Below the pieces are notes generated by a model. It searched no databases. It was not told the DNA's origin and was given only the letters and a program-made list of their open reading frames with translations. The translations under genes were made by a program, and so were the position numbers. Below, one piece after another: positions 19,544-29,189 of a stretch of DNA of 64,000 bases. How positions within the stretch are numbered: the stretch's first letter is position 1; every line of letters begins with the position of its first letter. Source of the stretch: a virus (taxonomy: Duplodnaviria > Caudoviricetes). Location of the stretch: IMG/VR virus record IMGVR_UViG_3300015615_000196, positions 224,001 through 288,000 of that record, one strand, 5' to 3'.

Positions 19544-20434
19544 ATGTACAAATACATTGATTTTACGAAAACAGGGGGATTCCCGCTTACACAAGATGTA
19601 ATGGCATTTCTTCAAGACAGCTATGATAAAGTATTTGGAAGCATCGCACAGACTTTGGGCCAATATAACATTCTTACTGGATGTACTTTTGATGGTGGTA
19701 GTGGAAGCTATGGTAGTGGATGGATCACATACAATGGTGAAGTTTTACCTTTTGTGGGTGCTCCGGCTGTTCCAAATGGTGTTATTGTGGTTGAAAGTGC
19801 ACATACAGTAACATACAGAGATACATCAATGAATGCTGTAATTAAGACCAGATATGCTACACTTGGTTCTGGTGGTATACCAATCACGTCATTTAGTATA
19901 AACACACTTGCAAGTTTAAAAAATGGTATTGACGGAGCCAATGCAGCCGCAGCACAAGCAGCCGCAGATGCAGCAGCAGCACAATCTGCGGCAGCAGCAG
20001 CTACATCAACAGCAAACAATGCACTTTCAGTTGCAGGTTCGGCAGGTCTTCCTTCTGGAACAATTATTTTGTGGAGTGGTTCCGTTGGTTCAATTCCCTC
20101 TGGCTTCGTACTATGTAATGGTGGAAGTGGGACTCCTGATTTACGCGATAGATTCGTTGTGGGTGCTGGTCTATCGTATAGCCCCGGTAATACTGGTGGT
20201 GCTAATGGGGTCACGTTAACCACGCCACAAATACCAACACACACTCACACTGTTAACGGACAAACAGGTGGTGATAATAATGACCATAGTAACAACACAA
20301 GATTTGCTGGTGGTGATAAAGGTGTTTCAGAAAGTGCATTCTTTTTCGCAATCAGCAGTGGTTCGGCAGGTGGTAATCAATCACACGAAAACCGTCCACC
20401 ATACTATGCCTTGTGTTATATCATGAAAACTTAA
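19544..20434 (+). CDS. tail fibre / tail-collar domain protein
   Basis: LPSGTIILWSG..IPSGFVLCNG..TPDLRDRFVVGAG and HENRPPYYALCYIMK collar motifs; Ala-rich linker. Confidence 0.85.
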   Translation: MYKYIDFTKTGGFPLTQDVMAFLQDSYDKVFGSIAQTLGQYNILTGCTFDGGSGSYGSGWITYNGEVLPFVGAPAVPNGVIVVESAHTVTYRDTSMNAVIKTRYATLGSGGIPITSFSINTLASLKNGIDGANAAAAQAAADAAAAQSAAAAATSTANNALSVAGSAGLPSGTIILWSGSVGSIPSGFVLCNGGSGTPDLRDRFVVGAGLSYSPGNTGGANGVTLTTPQIPTHTHTVNGQTGGDNNDHSNNTRFAGGDKGVSESAFFFAISSGSAGGNQSHENRPPYYALCYIMKT

Positions 20435-20443
20435 TTAATAATC

Positions 20444-21379
20444 ATGCTATTCTTAACCACACAACCGGATAGCGATTATTACATTTGGCAGCTTCAAGTA
20501 CAGATTAACAATTTCAAAAAGTTTGGATGTGAGGACAAATGCATTGTTATCTTTGGCTACAACCCGGTAATCGGTATCAATCCAAAAGCAAAAGAGTTTC
20601 AGTCTCAGACTACGGCTAAGGTATTATTCTATCCTGATAACCGAGATTTGTCAACCAGACTTTATCTTCCATCGATTCGACCACATTTACTCAAGCAGCT
20701 TTATCGTGAAAATCCAGAAATTATTCTTGATCAGAATTTCTTGTATTTGGATTGTGACATCATATTTGCCGACTATCCAGATTTCAGTGAGATCAATGGT
20801 GAAAAATTTGTTCATGTGAGTGATACAAATGAATTATTTTCGTATGAAGACATCGCAGAGACAAACAAAGAACTCTTTTTCAATATGTGTAAGGAAGTGG
20901 GTATCCCACCATATACTGTTGAGAATTACAAGAACGCTATCGGTGGAATAACATACGCATTTAAATTCTTCCACTACTTCGATTACGATTTTTGGGATAA
21001 AGTGGAACGTGATTCTGTTGCACTTTATAAGATGATGCTGGTAACCAATAACGAAGACAGCATTTCACAAATCATGTCAGTAAACAAATGGGCTTTGATG
21101 TGGAACCTTTGGTTAATAGGATACGATACCAAGGTATCAAACGAATTGAAGGTTATGTGGGCAATGAATAGTATTGAAGATTGGGATGACTACAATTTGT
21201 ACAACAATGCAGGGGTTGAAGAACAGCAAAGTAAGTATTTATTCTATAAGCACGACTATACAGAAAAGTCTCCTTTCGGAGTAGATTTTTCATACGTTTC
21301 TGACAAACATTGTTCATACAAATACGTTGAAGAATTGATCTCTACGGGGAAAGCACTTAAAGCATTGGACAATGAGTAA
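20444..21379 (+). CDS. GT-A glycosyltransferase, HPAT/SGT1 (GT95/GT96)-like, paralog 1
   Basis: YYIWQ, YLPSIRP, DxD motif YLDCDIIF; paralogous to the next ORF. Confidence 0.65.
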   Translation: MLFLTTQPDSDYYIWQLQVQINNFKKFGCEDKCIVIFGYNPVIGINPKAKEFQSQTTAKVLFYPDNRDLSTRLYLPSIRPHLLKQLYRENPEIILDQNFLYLDCDIIFADYPDFSEINGEKFVHVSDTNELFSYEDIAETNKELFFNMCKEVGIPPYTVENYKNAIGGITYAFKFFHYFDYDFWDKVERDSVALYKMMLVTNNEDSISQIMSVNKWALMWNLWLIGYDTKVSNELKVMWAMNSIEDWDDYNLYNNAGVEEQQSKYLFYKHDYTEKSPFGVDFSYVSDKHCSYKYVEELISTGKALKALDNE

Positions 21380-22307
21380 TCAGACACTATTCATATCGGT
21401 ACAACCAGACACAGACTACTACGTTTGGCAGTTAATGGTTCAAATGAAGAATTTCAGAAAGTTTAATATCGAGAATAGTGCAATCATCATCTTCGTTTAC
21501 AATCCTCGTACTGGAATAAACAAAACAGCATTAAAATTTGAGAAGAACACTAACGCAGTTGTATTATACTTCCCGGACAACAGAACAGATTACGATAGAA
21601 GATATGTTTCTTCCATTAGACCATATGCACTGGCTGAATTTTATAGACAGTATTATGAGTTGGTGGCAGAGGCAAATGTTTTTTATCACGATTCGGATAT
21701 TGTCTTTACTGAACTTCCTGATTTTAATGCTTTGAGTAAGGAAAATAAAATTATGGTATCAGATACGATGTCGTACATTGGTGCGAAGTATGTGAGAAGT
21801 AAGAGTTACGAGTTGCTTGTTGAAATGTGTAAAATTGTTGGCGTTGATTCTCAACTTGTGATTGACAACGAAGAGAAGACTGGTGGTGCGCAGTACTTCA
21901 TTCCAAACAACCTCAAACTTTCTTCTGATTTTTGGAATAAGGTTAAGTTGGATTCTGTGGCACTTTTTGACTACATGAATTCAACCACATCTAAGTATGC
22001 ACCTTCTGATCCGATTCAGGCATGGACTGCGGATATGTGGGCATTACTCTGGAATTTTTGGTTGATTGGATACGACTCAAAAATTTCAAAAGAATTGGCA
22101 TTCTCATGGGCGACTGATCCAATTGCTTATTGGAAGGCAAATAAAATATTTCACAATGCAGGTGTTACACCAGATCGCAAAAATTTGTTCTTTAAAGGGG
22201 GTTTTATGACTAAAATGCCGTTCGGGGAAGATTTTAGTTATGTCTCAGAACAGTTTTGTTCTAAGAAGTATGTTGAAGAAATCATGTCCACCCCAAATTT
22301 GCGCTAA
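21372..22307 (+). CDS. GT-A glycosyltransferase, HPAT/SGT1 (GT95/GT96)-like, paralog 2
   Basis: YYVWQ, YVSSIRP, YHDSDIVF, GGAQY, WTADMWA, FHNAGV. Confidence 0.7.
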   Translation: MSNQTLFISVQPDTDYYVWQLMVQMKNFRKFNIENSAIIIFVYNPRTGINKTALKFEKNTNAVVLYFPDNRTDYDRRYVSSIRPYALAEFYRQYYELVAEANVFYHDSDIVFTELPDFNALSKENKIMVSDTMSYIGAKYVRSKSYELLVEMCKIVGVDSQLVIDNEEKTGGAQYFIPNNLKLSSDFWNKVKLDSVALFDYMNSTTSKYAPSDPIQAWTADMWALLWNFWLIGYDSKISKELAFSWATDPIAYWKANKIFHNAGVTPDRKNLFFKGGFMTKMPFGEDFSYVSEQFCSKKYVEEIMSTPNLR

Positions 22308-22346
22308 ATCCCAAGAATTAGTATTTATTTTAGAACATCGTAAGAT

Positions 22347-24980
22347 ATGTCATTTATACTAAAAACGAACCCTACAGTCATCAACATCAAACTCACCAAT
22401 CTTGGGAGACAAAGCCTTTCACAGGGCACTTTGACCTTTAAGAAGTGGGCAATCGGAGACAGTGAAGTAGATTATTCGTTTAATTCAGATATTGCTTTTG
22501 ATTCATTTCGAGCAACCATACTTAGACCAAAGGATGGTAACCCGAAATTCTTATCTTATATCAAAAGAGACGACTCAGACCCCGCAAGTATATATACGGA
22601 CTTGCCATCGGTAGTTTCAAACACTAACATCATTACGAATACTGCAACAGAGAGAGGTTTCTTCAACATCACGACTGGTGGTACTCAAATTTATACTGAT
22701 GTTATTCATTGTAAGCAGCCTGATATGCAAATCTACATTTCGGGAGCAACTGGTGGCACAAAAATATCAATCAAAAAAGCCCCATCATATATTGCGAATG
22801 TGGTTGAACCTGTAGTTGGTGATTATATTGTTGTTAAGTGGGCTAATCCAATAATTACTGGTGGTACTGTTACTCCAATCGTAAATCAAAATGTACCATA
22901 CATCTGGTATAAGATTCATGCGAAAACTGGTACGTTGAGTGCAAATGATTTACTTGTTACAGTTGACAAACAAACACCTGATTTCAGTGGTTACGTTGGC
23001 AACATTGCATCGGGAGCATTCTGTTATCCGAATAACAACAATAGAGACGTAAGTGGTGACTCGGTACAAACCTACTATAGTACACCATTCGTTACTGATT
23101 TTATTGATGATAGTGTTATCGCATTCTTAGAAAATTGTATTTGTCCAACAAGAGACGTTCCTGTTTGGAATTTGGCCATTGTATTCACAGAAGAAGTGGC
23201 TGGTGTTACTTCAAACATGAGAAACATTTCTCAATATTACACAAAAGGTTTTGGTGGGTTTGTGAGATATATTGAACGTATCAGCACAGACATTAAAAAA
23301 ATTGGCATCATTCACTTCACGAATTCATCACCAAACAACCACTACGGTGAAGGTTTTTTTGATGATACTCCAATTCTTGATTTGCCAACAATCATGTGGC
23401 ATCATGAAACAGGTAATACAATTGGCTTACAATTAACTTCTGCATTTGATGTACAATATTTACCTGATCTTGAAACTCCTTATAGAGATTTGGTTGACAA
23501 ATATGGAACAATTGTAGGCAAGGTTTTTAATGACTTGAAGATTTTCGTAATTGAAGATCAGGAATTATTGTTTGCAATGACCTACAAAGGTAATAGAAAT
23601 TGGACATTGCCAAGACCCACTCTTGCATTGAATACAACCTTGTGTGAGGGTTGTAATTTGATTATAACTACAATAACAACAACACCAGATGATGGATCGA
23701 ATATTGGATCGTTAACAATCAATACTGACTATGGTTTGGGACAGTTATTGTATTCGATAAATGGTTCGATCTTCGTTACTGGAAATACATTCAGTAATTT
23801 GAGCGGTGGAACCTATAATGTAACTGTAATCGATACGGGTGTTAACAACTGTGTTCAAACTCAGATTGTAAGTGTGCCGTTGAATACGACAACTACGACT
23901 ACTACAACGACCACGACAACTACGACTACTACAACGACCACGACAACTACGACCACAACTACAACAACACCGCCTCCACAAGAATTTTGGATAGTAAGGG
24001 ATGGTGGTCAAGTGTTGTATACATTAAATGGTGGGCAAACTTGGGTAGATAGATCAATACCAGCAGCAGTGGTTCCCACAATTGCAAGTCATTTACTTAC
24101 TTATGATATTAGTTTTGTAGGACAAACAGGATATATATTGGGTAATGCTGGTAGTTTATTCCTTGTTAAAACTATTGATGGCGGTCAAAACTGGACAAAT
24201 ATTAGTGCAAAAGTACCGGGCCTTGGAATCACGACAGCACCAACTTCAATGTATGCGATTGATGCAAATACTGTTGTTATTGGAACTGATACTGCTGATT
24301 CGCAGATTTGGAAAACAACTGATGGTGGTGCAACTAATTTTGTTGGATATGCGAAAGGGCCAGCAGCAACAATGAATAGATTAGTCTTCACTTCACAATT
24401 GACTGCATATGCTTCGGATGTATATGCATCTGGCGGCTTCCGCACATATAAATCAACTCTTGGTGGTGCTTCGTTAGTTGGTAAGGATGATGCGGGAATG
24501 AGTAGTGCTTATTTGTTCGACATTTCGGCAATTGGAAACAATGTGGCTGTTGGTGGTGGTTATGATTTGTGGAAGTCAACAAATGGTGCAGGAACTTGGA
24601 CAAAAATAACGACACTTCCTAATCAGGGGAATTATGCTGACGATATTTATGTTTACGCAGTGAAAATATTGAGTAATGGCAATATCATTGTAGCGGGTAC
24701 GACCAGTAGCTATTCACAGAACAAATTTGCTATGTCAAGTGATGGTGTGAATTGGACGGTGACGAATGTTCCAATAACTGGTAATGGTGTTGCTACATCA
24801 TATTATTATCATAATAATATTGATTTTGCACCTGACGAATTACATGGTATTGCAGTAATAAACAGTGGTGACAAAATTATGAGAACTTCTGATGGAGGAT
24901 TAACGTGGACATTGACATCATTGGGCTTTGGAGTTAAATCAATCACGGCAGTTTCCGCAGCAAAATTACCGTTACTATAA
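22347..24980 (+). CDS. tail/baseplate protein with poly-Thr linker and C-terminal Asp-box (BNR/YCF48-like) beta-propeller
   Basis: N-terminal IKLTNLGRQSLSQG...WAIGD; Thr28-PPP; repeats TLNGGQTW, TIDGGQNW, TTDGGATNF, STNGAGTW, SSDGVNW, TSDGGLTW. Confidence 0.75.
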   Translation: MSFILKTNPTVINIKLTNLGRQSLSQGTLTFKKWAIGDSEVDYSFNSDIAFDSFRATILRPKDGNPKFLSYIKRDDSDPASIYTDLPSVVSNTNIITNTATERGFFNITTGGTQIYTDVIHCKQPDMQIYISGATGGTKISIKKAPSYIANVVEPVVGDYIVVKWANPIITGGTVTPIVNQNVPYIWYKIHAKTGTLSANDLLVTVDKQTPDFSGYVGNIASGAFCYPNNNNRDVSGDSVQTYYSTPFVTDFIDDSVIAFLENCICPTRDVPVWNLAIVFTEEVAGVTSNMRNISQYYTKGFGGFVRYIERISTDIKKIGIIHFTNSSPNNHYGEGFFDDTPILDLPTIMWHHETGNTIGLQLTSAFDVQYLPDLETPYRDLVDKYGTIVGKVFNDLKIFVIEDQELLFAMTYKGNRNWTLPRPTLALNTTLCEGCNLIITTITTTPDDGSNIGSLTINTDYGLGQLLYSINGSIFVTGNTFSNLSGGTYNVTVIDTGVNNCVQTQIVSVPLNTTTTTTTTTTTTTTTTTTTTTTTTTTTTPPPQEFWIVRDGGQVLYTLNGGQTWVDRSIPAAVVPTIASHLLTYDISFVGQTGYILGNAGSLFLVKTIDGGQNWTNISAKVPGLGITTAPTSMYAIDANTVVIGTDTADSQIWKTTDGGATNFVGYAKGPAATMNRLVFTSQLTAYASDVYASGGFRTYKSTLGGASLVGKDDAGMSSAYLFDISAIGNNVAVGGGYDLWKSTNGAGTWTKITTLPNQGNYADDIYVYAVKILSNGNIIVAGTTSSYSQNKFAMSSDGVNWTVTNVPITGNGVATSYYYHNNIDFAPDELHGIAVINSGDKIMRTSDGGLTWTLTSLGFGVKSITAVSAAKLPLL
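23886..23969 (+). repeat. poly-threonine tract (28 ACN codons, including two exact 27-bp units)
   Basis: ACGACAACTACGACTACTACAACGACC x2, then 10 further Thr codons. Confidence 0.95.
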
Positions 24981-24991
24981 TTGATTAAGAA

Positions 24992-25777
24992 ATGAGTGCA
25001 CCTAAAACAATATTCTTTACGTATGTGATGGCAACTTCACCGATAACAGGTGGAACATACACCCATACGTATCAAACTCAAACTAATTTTGGTTATGGGA
25101 CGGCAATTCACTGTAACTATGTAGAGAGATTTGAAGCCGAGTCGTTGGCAAATAAAAACATCAACGTAATCTTACCTGATGGTTCTGCATTTCCTTTCTT
25201 GAGAAATTCATCTGAGATTCAAGCAGGATTTGATGGATGGGGATGGAATGCAAGATACTTGTTTGGCTTGTGTCAGATCGTAGACGGAACTGGAAGTACG
25301 GTAACTGCCGATCCTACCAACTGGTCTGTGATTGATTTAACGCCTCAATTAGACAACTACAATACGTTCTCTGGAACAACCATTCCAGTAACTGCATTTA
25401 ACTCGTCAACGATCATGATTATCCGTATTACGGACGTGATCAACGCACCGAAATATAGCTTGGCATATTTGAACAACCCATCAAAATTGAGTGTGGACGA
25501 CAACAAGTTGGCATTCGGGGAAGAAGCCTTCTTTTTCGGTAACGTAAGAGCCGATATTTTGGCAAGAGCCTACACAACCGAGATTCCAGCAGTACTTCCG
25601 TTGAACCAATACAACTCGACTACCAACCCTACTTGGGATGCTGTTTCCCCGGTGGTAATCAGTGAAATGGGCATTTTTGACGAAAATAACAACCTTGTAG
25701 CCGTAGGGAAGCTAAACAACCCTATCGAAAAGGATTCGACCATCTACCGTACTGTGCTTTTCAGCATAGATTTCTAA
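24992..25777 (+). CDS. tail/baseplate protein with DUF3751-like C-terminal motif
   Basis: VVISEMGIFDENNNLVAVGKL. Confidence 0.65.
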   Translation: MSAPKTIFFTYVMATSPITGGTYTHTYQTQTNFGYGTAIHCNYVERFEAESLANKNINVILPDGSAFPFLRNSSEIQAGFDGWGWNARYLFGLCQIVDGTGSTVTADPTNWSVIDLTPQLDNYNTFSGTTIPVTAFNSSTIMIIRITDVINAPKYSLAYLNNPSKLSVDDNKLAFGEEAFFFGNVRADILARAYTTEIPAVLPLNQYNSTTNPTWDAVSPVVISEMGIFDENNNLVAVGKLNNPIEKDSTIYRTVLFSIDF

Positions 25778-25838
25778 GGTTTTTTATAAAATTCTGTAAA
25801 TTCTTAGTATTTATTATAAAGATAGATACTTAGAAACT

Positions 25839-26042
25839 ATGGAAGCATTAAAAAAAATCACCGATAAGACATCAAAATCTGTCATTATCGATGGAGACAT
25901 TCACGCACAGCTTAAATCACTTTGTGCTGGCAAGAATTTGAAAATGGGTGGAGTAATCGAGAACCTTATTCGCTTGTACCTAAAGGATTACAAGAACGTA
26001 CAGAAGCAGATCGATAACCTTAACGAATCAGAAGTGGGATAA
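25839..26042 (+). CDS. small putative DNA-binding protein (ribbon-helix-helix-like)
   Basis: KSVIIDGDIHAQLKSLC...MGGVIENLI strand-helix-helix pattern. Confidence 0.5.
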   Translation: MEALKKITDKTSKSVIIDGDIHAQLKSLCAGKNLKMGGVIENLIRLYLKDYKNVQKQIDNLNESEVG

Positions 26043-26044
26043 TC

Positions 26045-26650
26045 GTGAAGAAGTACTCGTGGTCAATTGACGTATCGACCTCAAACTTGGGGTCTGCACT
26101 TTGGGATGAAAACGGCAACCTTGTAGAGGTACGCCATTTGGTGTTGAAAAATAACAAAGAGATTCCAGAAGAAGTTCGCTACCTTGATAAGGCCAAGGTA
26201 TTCAAAGATTACGTCCTAAAATTCAAGAAGGAAGTGGAGAGTGCATACAACTGCGAGATCGACAACATCTTTGTGGAAGCACCTCTTCAAAACACTCCTG
26301 TGAACATTGAGACTACGGCCAAACTTCTCGCATTTAATGGTATCGTATGCTATATTTTGGATGAAGTCTTTGAAAAGGCTCCGTATCTCATTACCATCTA
26401 CCAATCTCGTAAACTCTTCTTCCCTGAGCATGTGACTCGTAAGAAGGTGAAAGGGCAGATAAAAGAAACTTTAAGTTTGCCTAAGAATATTGACAAAAAG
26501 CACTATATTTGGGAAAAAGTTGCACGACTTTATCCCCAAATAGCTTGGCACTATAAGAAGGATGGAACTTCTATACGTGATACAAGTTACGATATTTCCG
26601 ACAGCATTGTCGTTGGTTTGGCAGGATTGAAAGTCATGGGACTGCAATAA
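26045..26650 (+). CDS. RuvC-like Holliday junction resolvase
   Basis: SIDVSTSNLG, FVEAP, DISDSIVVG acidic RNase H-fold residues. Confidence 0.75.
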   Translation: MKKYSWSIDVSTSNLGSALWDENGNLVEVRHLVLKNNKEIPEEVRYLDKAKVFKDYVLKFKKEVESAYNCEIDNIFVEAPLQNTPVNIETTAKLLAFNGIVCYILDEVFEKAPYLITIYQSRKLFFPEHVTRKKVKGQIKETLSLPKNIDKKHYIWEKVARLYPQIAWHYKKDGTSIRDTSYDISDSIVVGLAGLKVMGLQ

Positions 26651-26673
26651 CCTGATCATTGTCATGATCATCG

Positions 26674-26979
26674 TTGAAACAAGTCTACTTATTAAAATCT
26701 GATTACACTGGCTACTACAAGATCGGTGTTTCAAAGAACACGGCTCAACGTGTAAAGCAACTCCTGACCGGATCGTCAGAAAATATTTCTATTGTCTTCA
26801 CCTTTGAAAGTACGATACCGTATAAAGTTGAGACAGCCCTTCACAATTTCTTCAAGCAGTATAAAGTAAACAGAGAATGGTATAACCTTTCTTTGGAAGA
26901 TGAAATAGAGTTTCCGGCCCTTTGTGAGAAGACCGAAAAAAACCTGAAATTAGTCCTTGAAAATAATATGAAAATTTAA
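26674..26979 (+). CDS. GIY-YIG / T5orf172-family protein
   Basis: VYLL...YKIGVS....RVKQL.TG...ETALH...REWY. Confidence 0.85.
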   Translation: MKQVYLLKSDYTGYYKIGVSKNTAQRVKQLLTGSSENISIVFTFESTIPYKVETALHNFFKQYKVNREWYNLSLEDEIEFPALCEKTEKNLKLVLENNMKI

Positions 26980-27053
26980 GCCAGAAGGCTTGTATTTGTG
27001 AAAACTTTGTTATCTTTACAATCGTTGAATCATTTTATTAACCAAACAAACCG

Positions 27054-28538
27054 ATGATCACTGAGAGATTGAGTAATGCAATCAAAATTTTAACCTATGC
27101 AATAAACAATAATCTGAGTCTTGCCGAAGCATGTAGAAGAATGGGTAAAGCCGAGTCCTACGTGCGTAACACACGAAACGAATACAGCGACAAGAATTCT
27201 CCTGAGTACAAAACGATGTTAAAACTGTATGAACAAGTTTTGACTAAAACACTCAGCATCAAAAACCCCCAACCAGTTGCAATCGAAGACGTAGCCAACG
27301 CAGCAGCATCAACAGATGACGAACTTGGCCTCCTACCTCACGATACCGTCATCGAAAAAGAAGAAACACTCCGTACCGAAACCGACAACACACTTGAACT
27401 TGATTTCAGAGGCAATGACTTAGTTCGTACACCTGATCAACTTTTGAGAAAAGCAAAAATCGATCTTTCCGTTTGGAAGGTTGATAGACAAGTAGTGAAC
27501 TGTTGGGATGTCACGATGAAAATTCGTGAGTTCGATGAAAACGGAAAAACTGCTGCCGAGAATCCAACAGTATCACAGAATTTTCAGGTCAAAGTATGGT
27601 TGTCGAAGATTCGTAATACTGAGGAACAAAAAGCATGGGATGACTTCATCGCAGCGATCAAAGCAAATGCACCGAAGTTACCCCCGCCACCCCAAAGATT
27701 TGTCAGCCCCGGCATTTCTACTCGTGAAGGTGGTGAGGTTCCTGCAAGAAAAAAATATCTGTTGGAAGTATCCATTCCTGACTTACACATTGGTAAGTTG
27801 GCATGGGAGGATGAATCAGGTGAGAACTATGACACGAAAATTGCCGTTGAACGTTTCAACGAATGTGTTGAGAACTTACTTGCTCATTCAATGCCATACA
27901 GAAATGATATTGAAGAAATTCTTTTCCCGATTGGTAATGACTTGATCAACATAGACAATATGTCGAACAAGACAACCGCAGGAACAGAACAACGTGTTGA
28001 TTCAAGATGGCAACAGATGTTTATCAAGGCAAAAGACTTGATGATTAAAAACATCGACCGTCTTTCGAAAATCGCTCCGGTACGTGTATTGATGGTAAGT
28101 GGTAACCACGACTATCAAACAGTGTACTACTTGGGTTGTGTGCTTGAAGCATACTACAGCAAGTCTCCTACTGTCACAATCGACAACAGTGCGGAACAAC
28201 GTAAGTACCACGAGTACGGTGTTAATATGATCGGCTTCACTCACGGTAACGAAGAGAAGCACCAAGAATTGGGATTGATCATGGCAACGCAAAAGCCGGA
28301 AATGTGGGCAAGAACAAAGTGCCGTCAAATTCACTTGGGACACTTCCACTCACGCAAGACAACGAAGTACTTGGACGTACAAGAGTTCCAAGGATTCACA
28401 GTGAGAGTGTTACCGTCATTGAGTGGAACTGATGACTGGCACAACCGTAAAGGATATATGAGCATGAAATCAGGTGTCGTCTTTTTGTATGAAAAAACTG
28501 GTGGTCTGGTTGCAGAGTTCTCTCATAACATTATTTAA
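27054..28538 (+). CDS. calcineurin-like metallophosphoesterase with N-terminal HTH-like region
   Basis: PDLHIG, GNDL, GNHD, THG, GHFH. Confidence 0.85.
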   Translation: MITERLSNAIKILTYAINNNLSLAEACRRMGKAESYVRNTRNEYSDKNSPEYKTMLKLYEQVLTKTLSIKNPQPVAIEDVANAAASTDDELGLLPHDTVIEKEETLRTETDNTLELDFRGNDLVRTPDQLLRKAKIDLSVWKVDRQVVNCWDVTMKIREFDENGKTAAENPTVSQNFQVKVWLSKIRNTEEQKAWDDFIAAIKANAPKLPPPPQRFVSPGISTREGGEVPARKKYLLEVSIPDLHIGKLAWEDESGENYDTKIAVERFNECVENLLAHSMPYRNDIEEILFPIGNDLINIDNMSNKTTAGTEQRVDSRWQQMFIKAKDLMIKNIDRLSKIAPVRVLMVSGNHDYQTVYYLGCVLEAYYSKSPTVTIDNSAEQRKYHEYGVNMIGFTHGNEEKHQELGLIMATQKPEMWARTKCRQIHLGHFHSRKTTKYLDVQEFQGFTVRVLPSLSGTDDWHNRKGYMSMKSGVVFLYEKTGGLVAEFSHNII

Positions 28539-28551
28539 CAAGCTAAGGGGT

Positions 28552-29109
28552 ATGGAAGAGAATGTACAACCCGAAGAAAGCGGTAAGTTAGTATTACCGC
28601 CAAAAAGTAGTAGTGGTAGTAAGAGTAAAAAGAAATCTACTACGACTGATAAAGACAAAGAAGCGAAAGCTAAAGTACAGGAGTTGTTGAAGAACACTCC
28701 GGTAGCTGCTCTCGTTGGTGCAACCAATGATTCGCAAGTAGTAAAGCCTGAGACCATTTCTCAAGAGAGATCACAAAAATGGCTTGAAGATCAAGTGGAC
28801 ATTTTGAGTAAGCAAGTTGAAGAACTTGAAAACGAGATTGTCTGGTACAAGAGTGAAATGGGTAAGATGCAGCAGAATGCTACACAACTTATTCCCGGTG
28901 GTCAAGGGTTGCAACCCAATCCTGAACTTGAGAGCAATCTTGTAGAATTATTCCGTCATTTTGAAAATCTACATCTACGATACAATCGTGATGGAAATTT
29001 CATGGTAAAAATATCATATCCGGCAACGAGAAATGGTATCCTCGATAAGTTCTTGGAGTACTTCCCGTTCTTACAAAAATATCAACGGTTCCAGAACCCG
29101 AATATGTAA
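28552..29109 (+). CDS. hypothetical coiled-coil protein
   Basis: Probable ATG 28552. Confidence 0.65.
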   Translation: MEENVQPEESGKLVLPPKSSSGSKSKKKSTTTDKDKEAKAKVQELLKNTPVAALVGATNDSQVVKPETISQERSQKWLEDQVDILSKQVEELENEIVWYKSEMGKMQQNATQLIPGGQGLQPNPELESNLVELFRHFENLHLRYNRDGNFMVKISYPATRNGILDKFLEYFPFLQKYQRFQNPNM

Positions 29110-29140
29110 AGAAGCTGTTTTGTTTTGCTTTTGTTTGGTT

Positions 29141-29172
29141 AAATCCCACTGATTTTTATCGTGGGATTTTTC
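29141..29172 (+). terminator. intrinsic terminator
   Basis: AAATCCCAC-loop-GTGGGATTTTT. Confidence 0.65.
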
Positions 29173-29189
29173 TTTGTATATTTGCTCAC

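Noticed and set aside
19708-20244. Antisense ORFs in the track (this one and similar, e.g. 6660-7142, 33946-34386, 57995-58297)
   Set aside because: Shadow frames opposite well-supported genes, without recognisable motifs
23886-23969. Tandem repeat as CRISPR array or DGR element
   Set aside because: It is an in-frame poly-Thr coding tract with no spacers, and no cas or reverse transcriptase gene is in the window
26674-26979. Intron-encoded homing endonuclease
   Set aside because: Free-standing 101-aa domain between intact genes with no intron features seen
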